DNA of 64,000 nt. Origin: Blastocladiella emersonii ATCC 22665 (lineage: Eukaryota > Fungi > Blastocladiomycota). The notes under the pieces are model-generated. The model ran no database searches and had not been told where the DNA came from. It was given only the letters and a program-made list of their open reading frames with translations. This document shows positions 60,801 to 64,000 of this stretch, piece after piece. Made by a program: the position numbers and the translations under genes. Where the stretch lies: the NCBI GenBank assembly GCA_025594325.1, contig JANHCV010000004.1, positions 2,170,001 to 2,234,000 of the forward strand. Reading direction: 5' to 3'. Numbering within the stretch: the first letter of the stretch is position 1; the number at the start of each line of letters is the position of its first letter.

Positions 60801-62636
60801 GGTCGGCCGACCCGCAGCTGTTTCGCCTCATCGCGTTCGCGCACCCCGCCGCGTTTGCCGCCGCCCCCGGCACCAACCCCGCGGCGCTCACGGAACACAC
60901 CCCGCTCGTGGTCCGCGCCACGGCCGTCCTCGCCGCGGGTATCCTGCACGCGCGCGCGGGAGACCGGCACCCGGGCGTCACCCGTGCGCTCCTCGCTGCG
61001 CTCGCCGACACGTTCGACACCGCGAGCGACGCGTACCGCATGGCGGCGGGCATCGGGTTCGCGTTCGTCCTGCTCGGGTCCGCAAAGCACGCGTGGGTCG
61101 CGCCGCTCGTCGGGCTCACGGATCCCGACAAGCCGAGTGCCGCGCTCACGGCGCCCGCGGCGTACGTCGCGCTCGGGTGGGCATTCTTTGACTCGGCCGA
61201 GAAGGGTGCGGGAGCCGGCGTCGCGCGGATGCTGGTCCAGGGATCGAGCGAGGTCCCGCCCGACGCAGCCTTTTACCGTGCGCTCGCCGGGCATCTCGTG
61301 CGGTGGAGCAGTATCGGGTCCGGGATCGAGTTCGTGCGCCGCGCGCGCTCGGCCGTCAAGGGCGACGCCGGGGAGATGGCGACGCAGCAGGTCGCCGACG
61401 CGGTCGAGGCGGCGGCGTGCTTCGCGATTGCGCTGCGGTTCGCGGGGACCGCCAACGAGGAGGCGATCGAGACGTGTCTCCACTACGCTGACGCGTTTGC
61501 CAAGCGCGGCAGCCGCATGGGTATGCTTTTCACCTTCCGTGCGGTCCCGAGTGACAGCTCACCCTCTCGAGCCTCGTCGTGTAGCCGTCGACTTCCACGA
61601 CCGCCTGTCGACCGCGAGCGCGCGCGACTGGGCGCCGCAGCTGGTCATGTACGCGTCGCTCATCGCCGCGGGCACCGCGGACCCGGCTGTCCTGCATCGC
61701 GCCGCCGCGCTGCAGCAGCGGTACGGCACCGCGATCCAGTACCGGCACCACCTCGCCGCGAGCATCGCGCTCGGGTTCCTGACGCTCGGCTGCGGCAAGT
61801 TCACGCTTGACACGCGGTCCGACCCCGTCGCGGCACTCGCCCTGTTCGCCGCGACGCACCCGGGCGCGTTTCCGGCGTCCACGTTTGACGCCGAGTCGGC
61901 GCTTCCGACCGCCGTGTATCTGTGGGTCCTCGCGGTCCGCCCACACCGCGTTCTCACCGCGCGCGAGGTCGGGAATCCGACGGGGTCGATCAGCGCGACG
62001 GCGACCGTCGAGCTCGCAGACGGGACCACGTCGCGCGTCAACCTCCCCGCGCGGCTCCCGCACACGGCGCAGGTATGCACCGTACACGTCGGCGGCGGCG
62101 ACTCGGACCTGTACCCCGTCACGGTCACGGTCGAGGCCTCGCTCGACGCGCCGGTCCGCGTCCAGCGCAAGCGCGCCGCGGGTCCGACGTCGAAGCTCAC
62201 CATCGCCAACCGTTGGTCGCTCCCGTCGTCCCTCAATGCGCTCGCCGCGCACGCAGCCATCGCGGGCTCGCAGTCCAAGTCGTGGCGCGACGTCGAGTCT
62301 GCCGCCGTCGCCCGCGCGCTCATGTCGCTGCCCGTGTTCGACACGCTGCCCGGGATCGCGGACCTGCGCCTCGCGCTCGCGGCCGCGGTCGCTGCGGTGC
62401 CCGTGGAAGCGGGCACGGCGTGGATGCGCAAGCAAGGCCGAGCGGCGGGCGACGCGTTCGCGCGACTCGACCCTGAGCACCGCGCGGTTGTCGCGGCGGC
62501 GGCTGTCGTTACCGGACGAACGCCAGGCGAGGTCGCGGACGAGGACGCGGCGGCGGTCGCGCGGAGTGTGCTGGGCGGTAGCGACGTGAGCGCGGAGGAG
62601 CTCGAGATGGTGAAGGTGTTGGCGTTTGGGGTGTAA
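57890..62636 (+). CDS. APC1: Anaphase-promoting complex subunit 1, 2 exons, 1560 aa, strongly diverged
   Basis: PC-repeat region motifs WPNFHAGVADAL, AGTLLGLGLTGRL, YRMAAGIGFAFVLLG, TAPAAYVALG, ACFAIALRFAGTAN, YRHHLAASIALGFLTLG and YLWVLAV. The intron is 61521-61584 (64 nt) and gives an in-frame total. Confidence 0.88.
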
Positions 62637-62899
62637 GCGATGATTTTTGAATGATATCGGTCTTTTTGGCACCTGTTACCGTGGCGGTCCAAGCTGAACC
62701 GGCTTCCTCCGATCGTTGAGTGGCGCCACAAGCCGGTCAGGCGAGGCCTATTGGAGAAGACAAGATAAAATGGAAGGTCTGGAGTCGCGAACACGTTGGA
62801 CGAGGGACGGGCGTGCCCGAAAGACGCGTCGCGCCACCTCGTGCTGCCCGCGTCAGTCCTTTCGAGTCCCAAAAGCGGGCTGATCACCCCAGGCGATTC

Positions 62900-64000
62900 A
62901 TGCCGACGCTCGCTCCCACCGACCGGCTTCCATGTAACGAATCCCTCACATTGGCACTGTACAACATGGAGCAAACTGATGCATCGACCACATGTAAGTC
63001 CTGGCAGGATGCGCTTGCAGTCAAGTGCGAGTGCTTGTCGACCGTCCTCTCCATTGTCCGGCACACTCGGTCGCTTGCGAACAGCAGCAGCCAATCCGAT
63101 GTCAACCTTGTCATTCACGGAAAAACCTATGCGCTGCACCGATACGTCTTGGTCCAGAGCCCCTTCTTCGTCGCACTCCTTGGCGACGACTGGCTCGCTT
63201 CAATCGAACGCTGCGATCTCCGCGTCGACTTCACTCTCGGCGCCCAGCGTGATCTCGACGAAACCGACAAACTTGATGCTATCCCTGTCGATACTCGCGG
63301 AGGCAGCATAGAGAATACCAGCGCTATCCAGCTGGGCACCGATCTTACGCAACGCTCGCTCTTTGTGTGGGAAACGGTACTCGTCGCGCTGTACGGCGGG
63401 TGTGAGACGCTTGTCGCGTCCCGCATCACAACTTCAAACTTCTTTGACCACGTCGAGGCCGGAACATACTTTGGTGCGGAAATCTCGGCTGATTGCGTGT
63501 GGGGCTCACGGTTAACTGGGTACCCGCTCACTGAAACGTAGACATCGACTTGGTTGTCGAGGCGTGCCGTAACTTTTACTTGAATCTGCTCGCGGACTGC
63601 TCCACGACCGCCGCTCCCCCGTCGGCGTCCTTCACCGATTTTGCGGCTCGCGTCATGATCTACTGCGACGAAATGACGCTCCCTAAGCCCATCAAGTCGC
63701 TACTTGGTTGCACAATCGCACACCTCAAGTTTTTGGGCCCACATCCGATCACCCGTTAGTCTCGTTGCCAGACCGTATTGTCGCGGGGAGCGGCGGGATT
63801 CCTGCAGTGGGCCGAGGCGGCCCTACCCAGCGCCTGCTGACCCGCGACGTACGTCTACCCACGGTCGGCCGGCCGAGGTCATTTCTCCGAATGCCCGAGG
63901 CCACCCACGCCGACTGTGTGGCCGTAGTGTCTGGCACCGAGACTAATCACCCGTGCCATCCTCCAGCAGTGCCCCGAAAAAATTGTCAAGCACGTCTTTG
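62900..64000 (+). CDS. BTB/POZ-domain protein (3' structure uncertain; may end at 63759 or continue beyond the window)
   Basis: SDVNLVIHGKTYALHRYVLVQSPFFVALL is a BTB strand/helix signature. The later ITTSNFFDHVEAGTYF|DIDLVVEACRNF spans the intron 63474-63541. The start is ATG 62900 or 62966. An in-frame TAG lies at 63757, but a GTACGT donor, a GACTAAT branch point and a CAG acceptor near the window end suggest more exons. Confidence 0.72.

Overview
This is eukaryotic nuclear DNA: very GC-rich and rich in introns, most of them 58-93 nt GT-AG introns with GTACG/GTGCG donors. The gene set and sequence style suggest an early-diverging fungus, possibly a zoosporic one such as Blastocladiomycota; that assignment is inference only. 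I support 19 protein-coding loci (two partial or open-ended) and one pseudogene. Most models were spliced by hand and close in frame. In order: GGT 3' end, MON1, LETM1-domain protein, STK32/YANK kinase, SCFD2-like SM protein, a 622-aa unknown, RPS4, adenosine kinase, ERG3/SC5D, NUS1, a secreted GPI-type HEXXH metalloprotease followed by its frameshifted paralog, a 104-aa unknown, eIF4G, a cyclin K/T-like cyclin, a 1214-aa coiled-coil protein, eIF2D, a D-type-like cyclin, APC1 and a BTB protein. I found no intact transposon, rRNA, tRNA or CRISPR array. The best leads are an unclassified metalloprotease with a decayed tandem copy, 16 His-bearing 11-residue repeats in a coiled coil, a 13-nt micro-exon, a triplicated ~1-kb decayed unit at 0.6-3.6 kb, a ~9.5-kb gene-free tract upstream of the D-like cyclin that holds a diverged ~230-bp tandem array, and a length-dependent splice-acceptor bias (TGTAG in short introns, CAG in long ones). 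I cannot show a wholly new biological system from the sequence alone.
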